A DNA stretch of 64,000 nt from Batkoa obscura (Eukaryota), in assembly GCA_030770535.1 (NCBI GenBank), contig JASVEC010000002.1:2046001-2110000 (forward strand), given 5' to 3'. Below, in pieces: positions 25,290-38,300 of this stretch. A program made the translations under genes and the position numbers. Numbering within the stretch: position 1 is the stretch's first letter; each line of letters starts with the position of its first letter. Under the pieces are notes generated by a model. That model saw nothing but the letters and a program-made list of their open reading frames with translations, searched no databases and had not been told where the DNA came from.

Positions 25290-26796
25290 TTTAGCTTAAT
25301 ACCAAAATAATCTGAACCATGAGATAATGAAGGGAGTTTATCAAGTTGAGGGACACCAGCTAAAAGCATCACTAAGGCTTATTTTTCCTGTTATTCAAAA
25401 CTAATTAGCAAATCTGAACTATCTCTGCTCTAGGAACCAATTTCTTAAAGAAAATCATCAATTATTATTTGCATACTCTTTGTACCCAATTGTTTTTTTC
25501 CAATAAATTAAGCTGGGAAAAGCAAAACCTTGGTTTAAATTAACTCTTAGCTGAAAAATACAATACTATAGTCATTATATGGATAACCCCTTGTCCTTTT
25601 AATTATCTCTATACTTATAAACTGAAATTTAAAATGATAATAATAAACACAACCATATTTTAAACAAATGAGTATTCAATAAACTATAATACAATATTAA
25701 GTGTGATTTAATGTTGTATATCTGACGATATTTTAAGAATATAGAAATCCATAAAGAAAATAAAACAAAATACTTAAATAAAAATAAAATATATGTAAAA
25801 TTCAAAGAATATCATATTTGATAAATATTCTTTATCTATCTTACAATTAGAGATATATTATAAGATTAAAGTCATAAAAAAGGATATACTATATTAAATT
25901 TATAAAATAAAGAATACATAATTTTAAATTCAAAATATTAAAATAAAATAATGTTTTTAAGGTTTTAGATAAATCTTATTATCAAAAATCTCCATTTATT
26001 AAATCAATCAGCAATATATACTAAAACTATGTCCCCTGTTTATCTACATTACTTTTACTGCTTAAACTATTACCTAAACATTTATCTCGAAAGCTAACAC
26101 CTTATATTTTAATATAAATCTAAGGATTGAAAGTCAAAGATCAAAACTTCTTTGTTTCTAATAATTATTTTAAGTATTAAATCACCAAATGCGAATTTGA
26201 ATATTAATACTAATAATAGTAATTAGGTATTAATTTTCAAACAACACTTACCAATTAACAAGAAATATAGAAAGAAAAAAAGTTTAAATTGTAATTTCTG
26301 TATAATAATAAGAATAAAACTTCTATCTACCTTAAAAAACGATTGTTTTTGAAAAGAAAATCTTCAGTCTTTTAATTAGCCTTTTTGGGATAAATCAATT
26401 TGGAATGTAGTAACGAAGTTAGATATTTTTATAAAATCTACATTTCTAGAACTAATATAAATGATAATATAATAATACTTAATAACGTAATAATGCCTAA
26501 TAACGTAATAATAGTCATAAAGTATTTTTAAAGTGAGCAATGAAACAATAGCTGTTTAGAAATAACGAAAGATTACATATTCAATTTTAAAATAAAGGGA
26601 AATACAACATAGTAGTTGTAGTTGACATTAGGAAAATTATATTGAGTTAAAGCTATGATAAAAACATACAACGCTATTAAATTGATGTAATAAAAAACAG
26701 CAAACATTAAATATAAAAGAGAAGTTAAGGTAATCTTCTGAAATTATCAAATAAAAACTCCTACTTATTAAATACTATCTACTAAATAAATCAACA

Positions 26797-27060
26797 ATGA
26801 ATACTAAATTAATTGCTCTTTTTATTGCCACCATATTTGCTGCTCCAGCCATTGTTCGAGATGGGGATGATTTTGGTGTTTCTGATTTCTTTGATGCCTT
26901 ATCTAAAGGGCTAGCAGAGCAGCCAGATACAACTCCAACGCCAGTCGATCCACCAGCTGCTAATCCCCCAATTGCTAATCCCCCAATTGCTAATCCCCCA
27001 ATTGCTAATCCCCCAGCCGCTAATCCTCCATCGCTTACTCCTCCAGCTGCTAAGCCTTAA
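26797..27060 (+). CDS. Small secreted Pro-rich peptide (type A), 87 aa, with PPxAN pentapeptide repeats
   Basis: Signal MNTKLIALFIATIFA-AP; TATAAA ~85 bp upstream; 15-bp tandem repeat GCTAATCCCCCAATT from 26959; AATAAA downstream. Confidence 0.8.
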   Translation: MNTKLIALFIATIFAAPAIVRDGDDFGVSDFFDALSKGLAEQPDTTPTPVDPPAANPPIANPPIANPPIANPPAANPPSLTPPAAKP

Positions 27061-27178
27061 AGGAATAGATTCTTATTACTTCATATATATTATTATCTAT
27101 AATAAACATACAAACTCAACTAAAATTTAATTAATTTTTAACTCAATGTAACAAACAATAATTTAGCAGTTAATATAT

Positions 27179-27275
27179 GGGGATGTATTTTTTTGCTCAG
27201 TAATTTTACTAACAATTTTTTCACTCAAATAGCGCTTGAAAAATGGAAAAGTAATGAAACCAAAAAAATATTCTC
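27179..27275 (+). mobile_element. ~98-bp MITE, copy 7
   Basis: Matches the family; ATAT/ATAT flanks. Confidence 0.85.
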
Positions 27276-27465
27276 ATATTTTAAAGTATACTTTTAATTT
27301 GTCGATAAAAATTTTGTAAGACTAATGTATTATTATTTTGTTAATATAATGCCTAAATAACTTTCAGTATTTAAGCATTAAAAGTAGACGATTAACATAT
27401 ACTATAGTAATACTATCTTTTTTAGTGTTTGGTATGATAGTATGTATTAAAGTTAAGGGATCAAA

Positions 27466-27615
27466 TTAAAAAAATGACGATATTAAAGGACAAAACAGCG
27501 AAAAGAATGATGATAATAGTATAAATAATAAACAAGGTTTAACCTCGCCACTAAAAGATGAAGCAGGTATAGTAAAAATGGTACCAATAAAAAGAATAAA
27601 TAACTCGGTATTTAT
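27466..27615 (-). pseudogene. Paralog of the type B secreted peptide with start codon mutated ATG>ATA
   Basis: (ATA)NTELFILFIGTIFTIPASSFSGEVK aligns codon for codon with MNTKLFILYIAIIIAAPVAPIGGPVR at 46. Confidence 0.6.
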
Positions 27616-28037
27616 TATAGAAAAGCTAATGGTTACAGTTTATCCTTTATTAGTTCAAATAGTCTTTTTTTGCGCCTCAAGAGTGCAATACAAGCAAAAT
27701 CTTTATTGACAATAATCCGATAACTATGAAGTGGGATTTCACTAAAACTTCCCTTTAAGGGTTTTTATCAGGATTTTGAAGATAAAATGCTTCAAAAATG
27801 AGAGTATTTTGAAGTTTAAAGGGTGTTAAAATAGAATTTAAAGTTACTTATTAAAAAATAAGTTAAGATTAAGAATGCAATATTAGGTTAAAACTATAAT
27901 AAAAGGGTATAACGGAATTAATTAATGAAATCAAGGGCACTAGATATTGTATATAAAATATTAAAATAAAATCATTATTTTAACTTTTCAAATAATCATC
28001 ATAGTAAAACTAATAACACATATTAAAATAAGCACAA

Positions 28038-28274
28038 ATGAAGACTAAATTTAGTTGTTCTCGTTATTGCTATTACCTTTGCTGTACCAGTCACTGTCCA
28101 AGATGTAAGAACTTAAGCGCTTCTGAACCTATTAATATTTCTAGGCCAATCGATGTTTTAGTTAAAAGGCTCAAAGACCATAAAAATAAAGCTTTAGCAC
28201 CATTTATACCTCCTATAGTTAATCCACCACCACCTGCTCCTCCAGCTGCAGCTCCTCTTGCTACCCAAACTTGA
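28038..28274 (+). CDS. Type A peptide paralog whose signal-peptide region is read in a shifted frame (Cys-rich N-terminus); gene or pseudogene
   Basis: Removing one T after MKTK gives LVVLVIAITFAVPVTVQD; the open frame later matches the family (ISRPIDVLVKRL...VNPPPPAPP); TATAAA ~87 bp upstream. Confidence 0.5.
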   Translation: MKTKFSCSRYCYYLCCTSHCPRCKNLSASEPINISRPIDVLVKRLKDHKNKALAPFIPPIVNPPPPAPPAAAPLATQT

Positions 28275-29221
28275 AACAATAGTTTACCTCTTACCCCTAT
28301 ATACTATTTTTACAATAAAATACTTAGATTTATATTGTTTTTATGCATGATAACTATCAATAATGACTTTAATTTAATAACTAGTTCAACGATACAATAA
28401 GTAAATTAATGAGTTAATTATAAATAATAATTTTAAAAAATCAAATCAAAGTAAATCGCTATATTGACTTTAATAAATGGCAAGGAGTGATTAATAATAT
28501 CATCCTGCTATAGATAGTGGAAAGTAATGAGAAAATGGTGGATAGATAAGAATTGGTAGTAAATATGTGTTTTTTATCTTATAAGACTTTTACAATTTAA
28601 GAAATATCTTAGATCTATAATCAACGCTTTTATATATATATTAAAACAATGTATGATATATGAATGGTTTATCCTTGAGTAAAATTTAATAAGAGAGATC
28701 AAAAGAAAAATGAATAAGATTGTGATTCAGTAAAGGACAGTAAATTAAGGGAAGTGTTTCAAGCTTATTTAGCTTAGCTCTATAAAAAAATGAACTGTGT
28801 TAAGTAAATTAATATTCTGTCTTAAATACATCAATCCAGATATAAAATAGAAGTATATTACTAGAATAAGACAAAGTAACCTGATAATCAAGTAACTAAA
28901 GTTTTACACCTTTAATTGGTTCTCCTTCAAGTATACCTAAATTCGTAATAATTACTTATACCTTTAAAAATAGCAATAGGGGTAGTAATAATAAAAGCAA
29001 CGATTTTGTTTTCTTATCAATTGTTTTAATAGATAATGATTGAAATATTGATAACTATTTTATAATTTAAATGTTTTTGTCCTACCTTTTTATGTTTAAT
29101 AATAAATATCTTCTGTTATACTTATTTAATTATTATACTATTAATCATATCTTTAATTTAGTATTATTATCTTAACACTAGTTATTATGTGACATTGGAA
29201 TCTACTTTAAAATAAAAATAT

Positions 29222-29332
29222 GGAGATGTTTTTTTGACTTCATTACTTTTTCTATCTTTTAAGCGCTATTTGAGTGGAAAAGTTATTAGTAAAAAGTTAT
29301 TAGTAAATTCTTAAATACAAAAATATATCCCC
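29222..29332 (-). mobile_element. MITE copy 8, with a ~14-bp internal tandem duplication
   Basis: Matches the family; AAAAGTTATTAGTA duplicated; ATAT/ATAT flanks. Confidence 0.85.
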
Positions 29333-29898
29333 ATATACTAATTTTTTTTAAACTTAATTATATTCATTGAAATTTATAGTTTATGCATTAAAGCTGGAAA
29401 TCAAATTAGATCATTTTATAATTAAAATGGTTCATTTACTAATTTCAATTGATTCATTTTAGAATTAAAATAGGAAAAATATTTACAAAAAAAAAGATAA
29501 GCGTCAATCAATGAATGATTTAAATTTGGACAAAATAGATTTATAAAAGTTACAATTGTTTCAAAGTTGAATAATTCATAACTCTTGGTGTTGAAACTAA
29601 CTAAAACAATTTTTATAAAAATCTTTTGGAGAGGTTTAATTGCCAAAAAATTGAGTTGATATTTAAGATAAGGTCATGGTTTAACTCATAGAAGTTAAAC
29701 TAATCTTATATTAATGAATTTATACAATATTAACAATAAAAATTAAAACAAAATGAATATTTTTATTTTTATTAGAAAAACTATAAAAAAATAATGAAAC
29801 TCAATTTAAAACTAATTAAAGTTTTAAATTGAGGGGGGGAGGTCTTTTAAACTTTCTCCAATTAAGATAATATAAACCTGAAAATTCGATTATTTGTA

Positions 29899-30613
29899 CA
29901 CCTTTTATCCAAATGTTTAGCATGTTACGTATTTTTATAAACATATTTTTACATTCACCTTTGGTAGATCAAGTTTGGTACTAAGTGACAGATAAGTTTT
30001 GGCATCAAATTAGCAAATTATTATTGAAAAAAACGATAGGCTTTAAGAAAATTGGCATAAACTGTGCCAAATATTATTACCAAATACCTTTTTAATCAGC
30101 CATGAAATTTTAAAGTGAAATGGTAATAAAAATCTTACACAGCTTTAATAAGAATGATTTTATAAATTACCCTCTATATTTAAAGCTTTTAATTTGACTT
30201 GGGCTAAAATTAATTCCAAGGTCATTAATTACAAATATTTTTTATGTCTGAAAGTAAAATAATTTTTAGATAAAAGTTGAAATGAACTCTATACCCTTAG
30301 AGGAATGGAATTGCCCAAAAAGCTAGATTACTTAAAAAATACCTTATAGCTTATTAATAAATATTTTATTATTTAATATTTACTTTTTTAACATTCTTTT
30401 AGCAATATATCATAACTACTTAATTATATAAAATAAAAACAATCTAAAAATAAGTATATTTTATTGAAAAAAGCTACTCTTTTTTTTCAATAGTAATCTA
30501 TCATGTGATACTAACATTTATCTACGAATTGAACCAAAACTTGATCTGTCAAAAGTAAACAAAAAGTATACTTATTAAAATATGTAACATACCAAACACT
30601 GGAATAAAAGATA
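29899..30613. mobile_element. Degenerate non-autonomous DNA transposon with ~145-bp TIRs and TA flanks (Tc1/mariner/pogo-like)
   Basis: 29899-30044 is an imperfect reverse complement of 30470-30613; TA at 29897-29898 and 30614-30615; no internal ORF. Confidence 0.7.
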
Positions 30614-31745
30614 TATATATGTATAAAATAAAACCGGTAAAAAGAAAGCGAAAAAAGATATACAAAATTAATTATTAAAATAAAATTGAGATCTAATAAA
30701 TTTTTATGAATAAGTATTTCAAATAGATTCCAATAATATCCAGTTTAATAATATTAAACCACCATAAATTTTATGAAAAATTAAAAATAACGTTTTATTA
30801 ATTTTTAATCTAACATGATTAACGCAAGATGATAACTTTTAACCACATCATTTTAATATCAAATTACCAACTAATTTAATATTTATTTTTGCCATAATTC
30901 TTTTTCATTAGCTTATGATGTTTTTAAATCTTTATTTTAAAATGTTAATATTTTATTATAAGACAAATAATATCTTTATCTTTATCTTTATCTTTAACTA
31001 TTAAAGATTTGTTATGAAATAAACTATTATTTCTGAGAGTCAATAAAATAAATAAAAGTATAAAAAACTATTAATAGTCTTCTCTTATTCCCATAATATT
31101 ATCTGTTAAAATTCAAAAACTAATAAATTCGTTAGTGGTAAAAAGGAGGACACAGAAAATACTACAATAAAGAGAATCTTTAATTGGTTGAATTAAATTT
31201 ATTTTGAGAAAAAGCTAGAACTATTTATTGTAGGGGTAAAATCATTTTAAATTAGTTTCTATTTAGATTTAATGATTAAAAAAAGGAGAAAGATTGAGAT
31301 TTAAGCATTAAAATTTAAAGGGAAAATAGATTAAAAATTGTACGATTTTTAAGGAGGGTCTATTTTGATTATTCTATTAAATATGATTCATTATTATGAC
31401 ATTATTATATTTATTTTATTATTATTGTATAGTGGATATTATTTAAGGAATAGGTTAAAATGACAAAAAACGGAAAATTCTAATAATAGCTTTTGCAAGT
31501 CCATAATGCCAACTTACTTTTTACACCATGCTAAAAGTAAAAAGTGAAACCAGTCGCTTTAATTGGCTAATATTTTATTTAACTAAGAATAAAAAGTTAA
31601 CCTAAAAGAGTCAAAACTTTAGATTAAAATAAAAGAAGTGGTATGAATTTATTTTAATTTTTTAATCTTTTTCAATCTTTTTAGCTTATTATTTTATAAA
31701 TTATTATTATTATTATTATTATAATATAAAAAATTATTGCATGTT

Positions 31746-34472
31746 ATGAATCGATATGAGATAAAGAAACAAATCAATTCGGGGCATTTGGTTCTGTATT
31801 TGAAGCTGTGGATAAAGAAAATGACAATAAGGTAAATATTAACAGTTGATAATTACAAACTCTATAAACCTGTATATTATATACTAAATTGTATACTTTT
31901 TAGGTAGCTATTAAAAAAGTCCATAAAAAATTCTATGAATTAAATCAAAAAAAGAAAAATCGAGAAGTTAAAGTAATTACATAACAATCTCTTATAATCC
32001 ACAAAAATATTAATCTTAATCGCTAGGCTTTAAACGCACTATCACACCCAAATATAATAACTTTAATGGATTTTGTACAAAAAGGAAATGGACTATATTT
32101 TGTATTTGAATTAATGGATTACAACTTATATGAAGTTATTGCTAACCGTAGAGGAGCTCCATTTCCTTTATCATTAATTCAATTTATATTGTAACTAATA
32201 TATACTATTTCATAATAATACAATACTGATAACTTAATATTCATATAGAAAGGAGACTTTGATAGGTTTAAATTATTTGCATAACTCTGGATTTTTTCAT
32301 CGGGATATTAAACCAGAAAATATATTAGTGTCTGGAAATAAAGTTAAAATAGCTGATTTCGGATTAGTTAGAGAATTGAACTCAGGTTCAAAGAGATTAT
32401 CAAAGTATGTTAGTACCAGTTGGTATCGAGCACCAGAAGTATTTTTTGGATCTCAGAGCTATGATTCATCAATAGACTTATGGGCTTTAGGTGCAATAGC
32501 TTCTGAATTAATGACATTAAAACCTTTATTTCCTGGAAAAAATGATAATGATCAAATATTTTTAATGTGTAATGTATTGGGCTCACCAACAGAATCTTTT
32601 TCTTTAGGTGGTAAATGGACACTTGGAATACAATTAGCTTCTATTCATGATATTCGATTTCCAAAAGTAGAAGAAGGAAGTTTAAAATCAATATTACAAG
32701 CATATACTTATTATGATACTACTTGTCTACAATTTATTGTTAGTTTATTACAATATGATCCAACTTTAAGACTTACTGCAGCAGAAGCATTAGATCATCC
32801 CTTTTTTAGTTTTACTTGTAGTAATAATAATCAAAATGTTGATTTATCTATTTCTTATCCTTATTTTCCAAAAGAAATTACTCAAATCGATTTTTCTAAT
32901 CATTCATTAGAATTACCTAATATCAATGGTAACGGTACTATTTCTCCTTTCATTAATGGCTTTATATCATCTTCAGAAGAGGATTTAGAAGAGGAAGAGA
33001 TTATTATTAATAATGAAATTAATCAACAAATAGAATTAGAAGATAATTTTAATTTATCTTATTCAAGTGATAAATTAAGTGATCCACATTCTATTATTTA
33101 TAATACAAATAATAATGAATCTTCTACATTATCTATGTGTTTTGATTATCCACAGAATGAAACATCTTCTTTTTGTTCCTTAAATAACTTACCAAATTTA
33201 AATCAAAATCAATCTAATAATGATCAAATAGATGAAGAAGATACTAACAATAATCATAAACCAGTACCATTTTATCTACAAAAGAAAGAATTCCAATTGT
33301 TTGCTCCACCACCTAAATTTTATCATAATGAAATGGAAATCAAAAGATTAAGTATTAATAGTAAGAGGATTAGTAATAATAGTAGTAATAAAAGGAGAGC
33401 CTCTGAAATCTACTTTAATTTTGATAAACATAATCAAACATATGATACTTTTGATATTACAAATAATCCTACTAATTATAATTATAATCGACGTCACTCT
33501 TTATATGATATTTTAGATTCTTCAGAATTAGCTACATTTCCAATTTCATTATCGAATAATGAACCTAAGATGGTAGATAATAGTACTTCTCCAATAAAAT
33601 CCCCACTTCGATTAAAAGAATATAATAAAAGAGAAAAAAATCATTTTCGTAAACCAAGTAAACTTGTATCAGGCTTAAGAAGAATGTCCAATATTTTATC
33701 AAAAGAATTTATCAATATAAAAAAAGGAAGTGGAAGTGGAAGTGGAAGTGGAATTTATAGTAATAGTAATAGTAGTAATAATAGTAATATTCGACAACAT
33801 AAAAGAGGATTAAGTTTAACTATTGGTAATAAGGAAATGTCTTCTTCTACTACTGCTTCTTCGTTAAGTCCAAATATCAGTGGAAATCATTATAAAGATA
33901 ATGAATTTCAACAATTTATTGAGAATACATTTAATGATATAGCAAATGATACTACAATTAATAGATTATCAAGTTCTTGGGATCAATTTGAAACACATTC
34001 TGATTATTTAAGTATGAATAATTATAATAATTATCAGTATAAAACTAATTTGAGTTTAACTAATAGTCAAACTACAAGTCGAAAAAATAGTAATAAAAAA
34101 TTAAATCGTAAATTAAGTTTTAAAATTAAACCAATGAGTCCAAAGAGTCCTAATAATAATCCAGCATTGGCTTTTAATTTAACTTCCAATTATACAAAAG
34201 AACTTGATCAAAATAACAATTCAAATGATAAATTTTTTGTAACTTATTCACATCCAGCTACTCCAAATAAAATTAACCTCAAAAACCAATTAAACTTAAA
34301 TCATAGTTATGATAGTACTAGTACTACAACAAATCATAATAATAAGAATACTTTGGGATACAAAGGGAGTATTAAAAAGGAAAATATTAAGAATGATAAA
34401 AAGAGAAAGGAATCGATTAATGGGTTGTTTAGTAGAATTAAATTATTTTTTAATTCGAAGAAAGTTAGTTAG
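31746..34472 (+). CDS. Ime2/MAK/ICK-like CMGC Ser/Thr kinase with long Asn-rich tail; 3 introns; 1-nt frameshift at 31781-31784
   Basis: MNRYEIKKQI, VAIKK, REVK, HPNII, FVFELMDYNLYEVI, FFHRDIKPENIL, DFGLVRE, YVSTSWYRAPE, PLFPG. Confidence 0.8.
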
Positions 34473-35147
34473 ATATAATATCTAATTAATAATCTGATAT
34501 TTTGTTTCTCTCAGTTGTTTGATAACTCATATATCCCCCCTCTTCCTTTTTATTTTCTGACCCTGATTTAACTTTTCTCTTCCAACTTCTTTTTCAACTT
34601 TTTTTCTTCTTCAGCTTCGGCTTATCTTTTCCCCCTAAATTCAACCTCTTTTCTTCTCTTATTTTTTTAAAGGTAGAGCCTTCTAGTTGTTTAGTTTATA
34701 ATAAACTTTGTAATAAATTAAAATGTAATATTTTAAACTAAATTGAATAGTTGTAATGATATCCTTAAACCATCTTACTTTTTTTGATATTGAGTTTAAC
34801 TTTAATAAATATTATAAATGATTATAAATGATAATTAATAGTGACAAAATTAGATGTTAAATGAATAAATCTTGGGTCTATTTATATCTGTTGAAATAGT
34901 GGTTTTATAAAATTTCATAGTACTATAATCTAAGAGTAAGGAATGAATAATATGATAAAAAAGCATTTAATAATTTTAATTACTATTATTTATAAGCATC
35001 ATAATAGAAGCGCATTTAATAAATATTTATATTATCATTGTCTATAAATATTATGATAAAAATGTATTAATAAATTATATTATTATTATATTTGGAAACT
35101 CTGAATTTTATATAAATATACTTTATCCTAATTAAAAACTAGAATAT

Positions 35148-35246
35148 GGGGATGTATTTTTGTGTTTAAGAATTTTGTTAACAATTTTCCTACTCAAATA
35201 GCGCTTAAAAGATGGAAAAAATAATGAAGCCAAAAAAAACATCCCC
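35148..35246 (+). mobile_element. ~98-bp MITE, copy 9 (close to consensus)
   Basis: Intact termini; ATAT/ATAT flanks inside palindromic TAGA-ATAT-TCTA site. Confidence 0.9.
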
Positions 35247-35334
35247 ATATTCTATTTTTCAAAGCTTATAAATATTTTTAAAATAATACAAAATATAATA
35301 ATTATAAATAAATAAAGCTTTTATTAGGATATAA

Positions 35335-38300
35335 TTAAACCAATGTAAACCCTATTGATTCGTTAATTGAATAAATCAATTTTTGTTTAAAATGATTATA
35401 ATTTAAATATTTTGGTAAACATAATTGATTAAAACAAGTATGAGCTATGGGTAATCTAAAATAAAAAATATTGTAAATAAGTGTAATATTAATAATAGGC
35501 AAATAAATAAAAATAAAAATAAAAATAAAAATAAAAATAAAAACAAAGTAAAATAATAATCTGAAATTATTATAAACTTACAGTCTCACATCATCACTTA
35601 AATAAGAAATTTTGAACTTAAAATTTGTTACTCCATTTAAAGGTAACCTCTCTGAACCCGTGATAAATTGTATTAATTTCTTCAACTCTTTTTCATTAAA
35701 TTCATCAAGGATTTGCCAAAATAATCTAATAACTGTAAATCATTCTTATCATTGTAAATATAATTATAGCTATTTTACTTAATAGTTATATCTTCTGCTA
35801 TATATCCATCATAGTCCGTTACAGCCATCAACTCCTCTAAATTTATTGGGGAAGGATTACCACAAATCAATAATTCAATTTCTAAAGGCTGAAATAACTT
35901 GTATAGATTTAATTTTGATACTTATAAATTATTATTATTATTAACTTACCGATAATGCATTCCCTCCACAAACTTTATAAAATCCTTTTTTAAATTTCGA
36001 AAATTGAGATTCAATTGACTTATTAAATATATAATCGATATATTTAGTTACATATTCTAATAAATGTTATTAATGTTATTATATTATGGTATATATCTTG
36101 TAGTATAATATACTGTTATTAATTACCATCTTTATTTTTTTGATTGACCATTATATTTTCTCCGTTTTCAATTAAATTAACTGTTATTATTTTACCATAT
36201 CTTTTATAACAATAAGTAAAATCTAAATTGAATATATCTTCTATATCATCTTCATTATAATTTAATAATTTTTCTAAATTATTAGCAATTAACTGGAATA
36301 TATAATCAGTAAATAAAACATTCTATTGTAATAATGTTTTCTTACCGGTTGATAACACTTTAAATCTAATAAATCTAATTCAATATTAAATAATTTTTTA
36401 AATAAAGCAGTTGGTAACTGTAAATTTAATATTGTAGAGTTATAAATGGCTAATCCAACAATCTAAAATAAAAATAAATTATTATATTATATTATTATTA
36501 TATTATATTATTATTATATTATATTATTATTATATTATATTATTATTATATTATATTATTATTATATTATATTATTATTATATTATATTATTATTATATT
36601 ATATTATTATTATATTATATTATTATTATATTATATTATTATTATATTATATTATTATTATATTATATTATTATTATATTATATTATTATTATATTATAT
36701 TATTATTATATTATATTATTATTATATTATATTATTATTATATTATATTATTATTATATTATATTATTATTATATTATATTATTTAGTATTATTAAACAT
36801 TAATATTAATTTACCACTCCAAATAAAAAATAATTTTGCTCATTTTCTAAACAGTTCATATTAAACCAAAAATATTGGCTTGTTTTTTCATAATAAAATA
36901 ATCCTAATTAAAATTAAAAATTAATAATATAACCATTGTATATTATATATTTTATATTATATGTTATTATATGTTATTATATGTTATTATATAATATTTT
37001 CCTTACCATATTTCGGATTCATTAATTCATTAATTAATAACATAAACCATTCTTTAGTTAAACCACCCGCATCAATTCCATCTTCGCCAATAAACTTAAT
37101 TGTTAATTTCTTTTTTAAATCTTTACTATGTTTAGATAACTAAATTAATAATTAATATACTAAATAGAATAATTGGTTAATATCAAAATTGAAATTAAAT
37201 TACTTGGTTTAGTGAATCTTCAATTAAGTATTCTCTTCTTATTTTTAAACAAAGAAATGGAGTGCTTGCTTGGTTTTGAAATAATATGGAATGAATTACT
37301 TGCTAATTAAAAACAAAATCAAAAATATACTTCTTTATCATTATTATCATTATGATTGTTTAATTACCTTTAATTTTTCTTTCATCTGCCTAATAGCGTC
37401 TAATTCTAATATTAATACTTTTGATCCCATACTAATTAAAAAAGGATATTGACAGAAAGAAAAAGAACTACAAATAAATAAATAAAATAAATAATCAAGT
37501 AATACACAAATGAATATCAAATAAATGTTTGTCAATATTAATAATTATAAAAAATATTAAACTACCTATTTCTATTTCTCCAATTGTCATAATCTAATGA
37601 AAGATCTAAAAAATCCACAGTACTATTATAAAATGTAGATAATGGTAATAATTTATTAATATTATTAATTGAAACTAAAATTAAAAATTATTATTATTAT
37701 ATTATTATTATTATTATTATATTATATCCTGTTTTTAATATTTATGTTTATATACTATTACTATTTACTTACATAATAAACCCATAACTCTAGCAGCTGA
37801 AATAATTCTCCAATCAAATTGATAACTATTATTTTTCAACATTAATCGTTGATTAATTGTCAAATATTCTTCATTCTCATTTGTTTTTAATAAATAAGTT
37901 ATATATTTATTACTTAATTCAATGATATATTTCAATTGAACTTTATTACAACTATAGAGTAACAAATAAAAGAAGTTAATATAGTAATGTATTAATATAT
38001 TATATTTACTTTAATATCCAATAAACTAAATAATTGTGTAAACTATCATTCAAATTACAAATTAATCCCATAATTCGTGTTATTATTTCAATTGTTCTTT
38101 GATTATTTTCATCTTCTTTTATATTTGTACTGAATTCACTTAACTTTGGATTCTATTTATAAATGATTAATTATACAAATAATAGTAAATATTATGATTA
38201 AAAATAATTTAATATATAATAATTAATTACTAATAATAATATCAATAACCATTTAATATCTCTTTTACGTTTTAATGGCCTTAAAAATATGTATATTATT

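Noticed and set aside
28870..29020. Possible sixth secreted-peptide paralog on the minus strand (NKIVAFIITT...)
   Set aside because: No ATG, and similarity too weak to separate from AT-rich background
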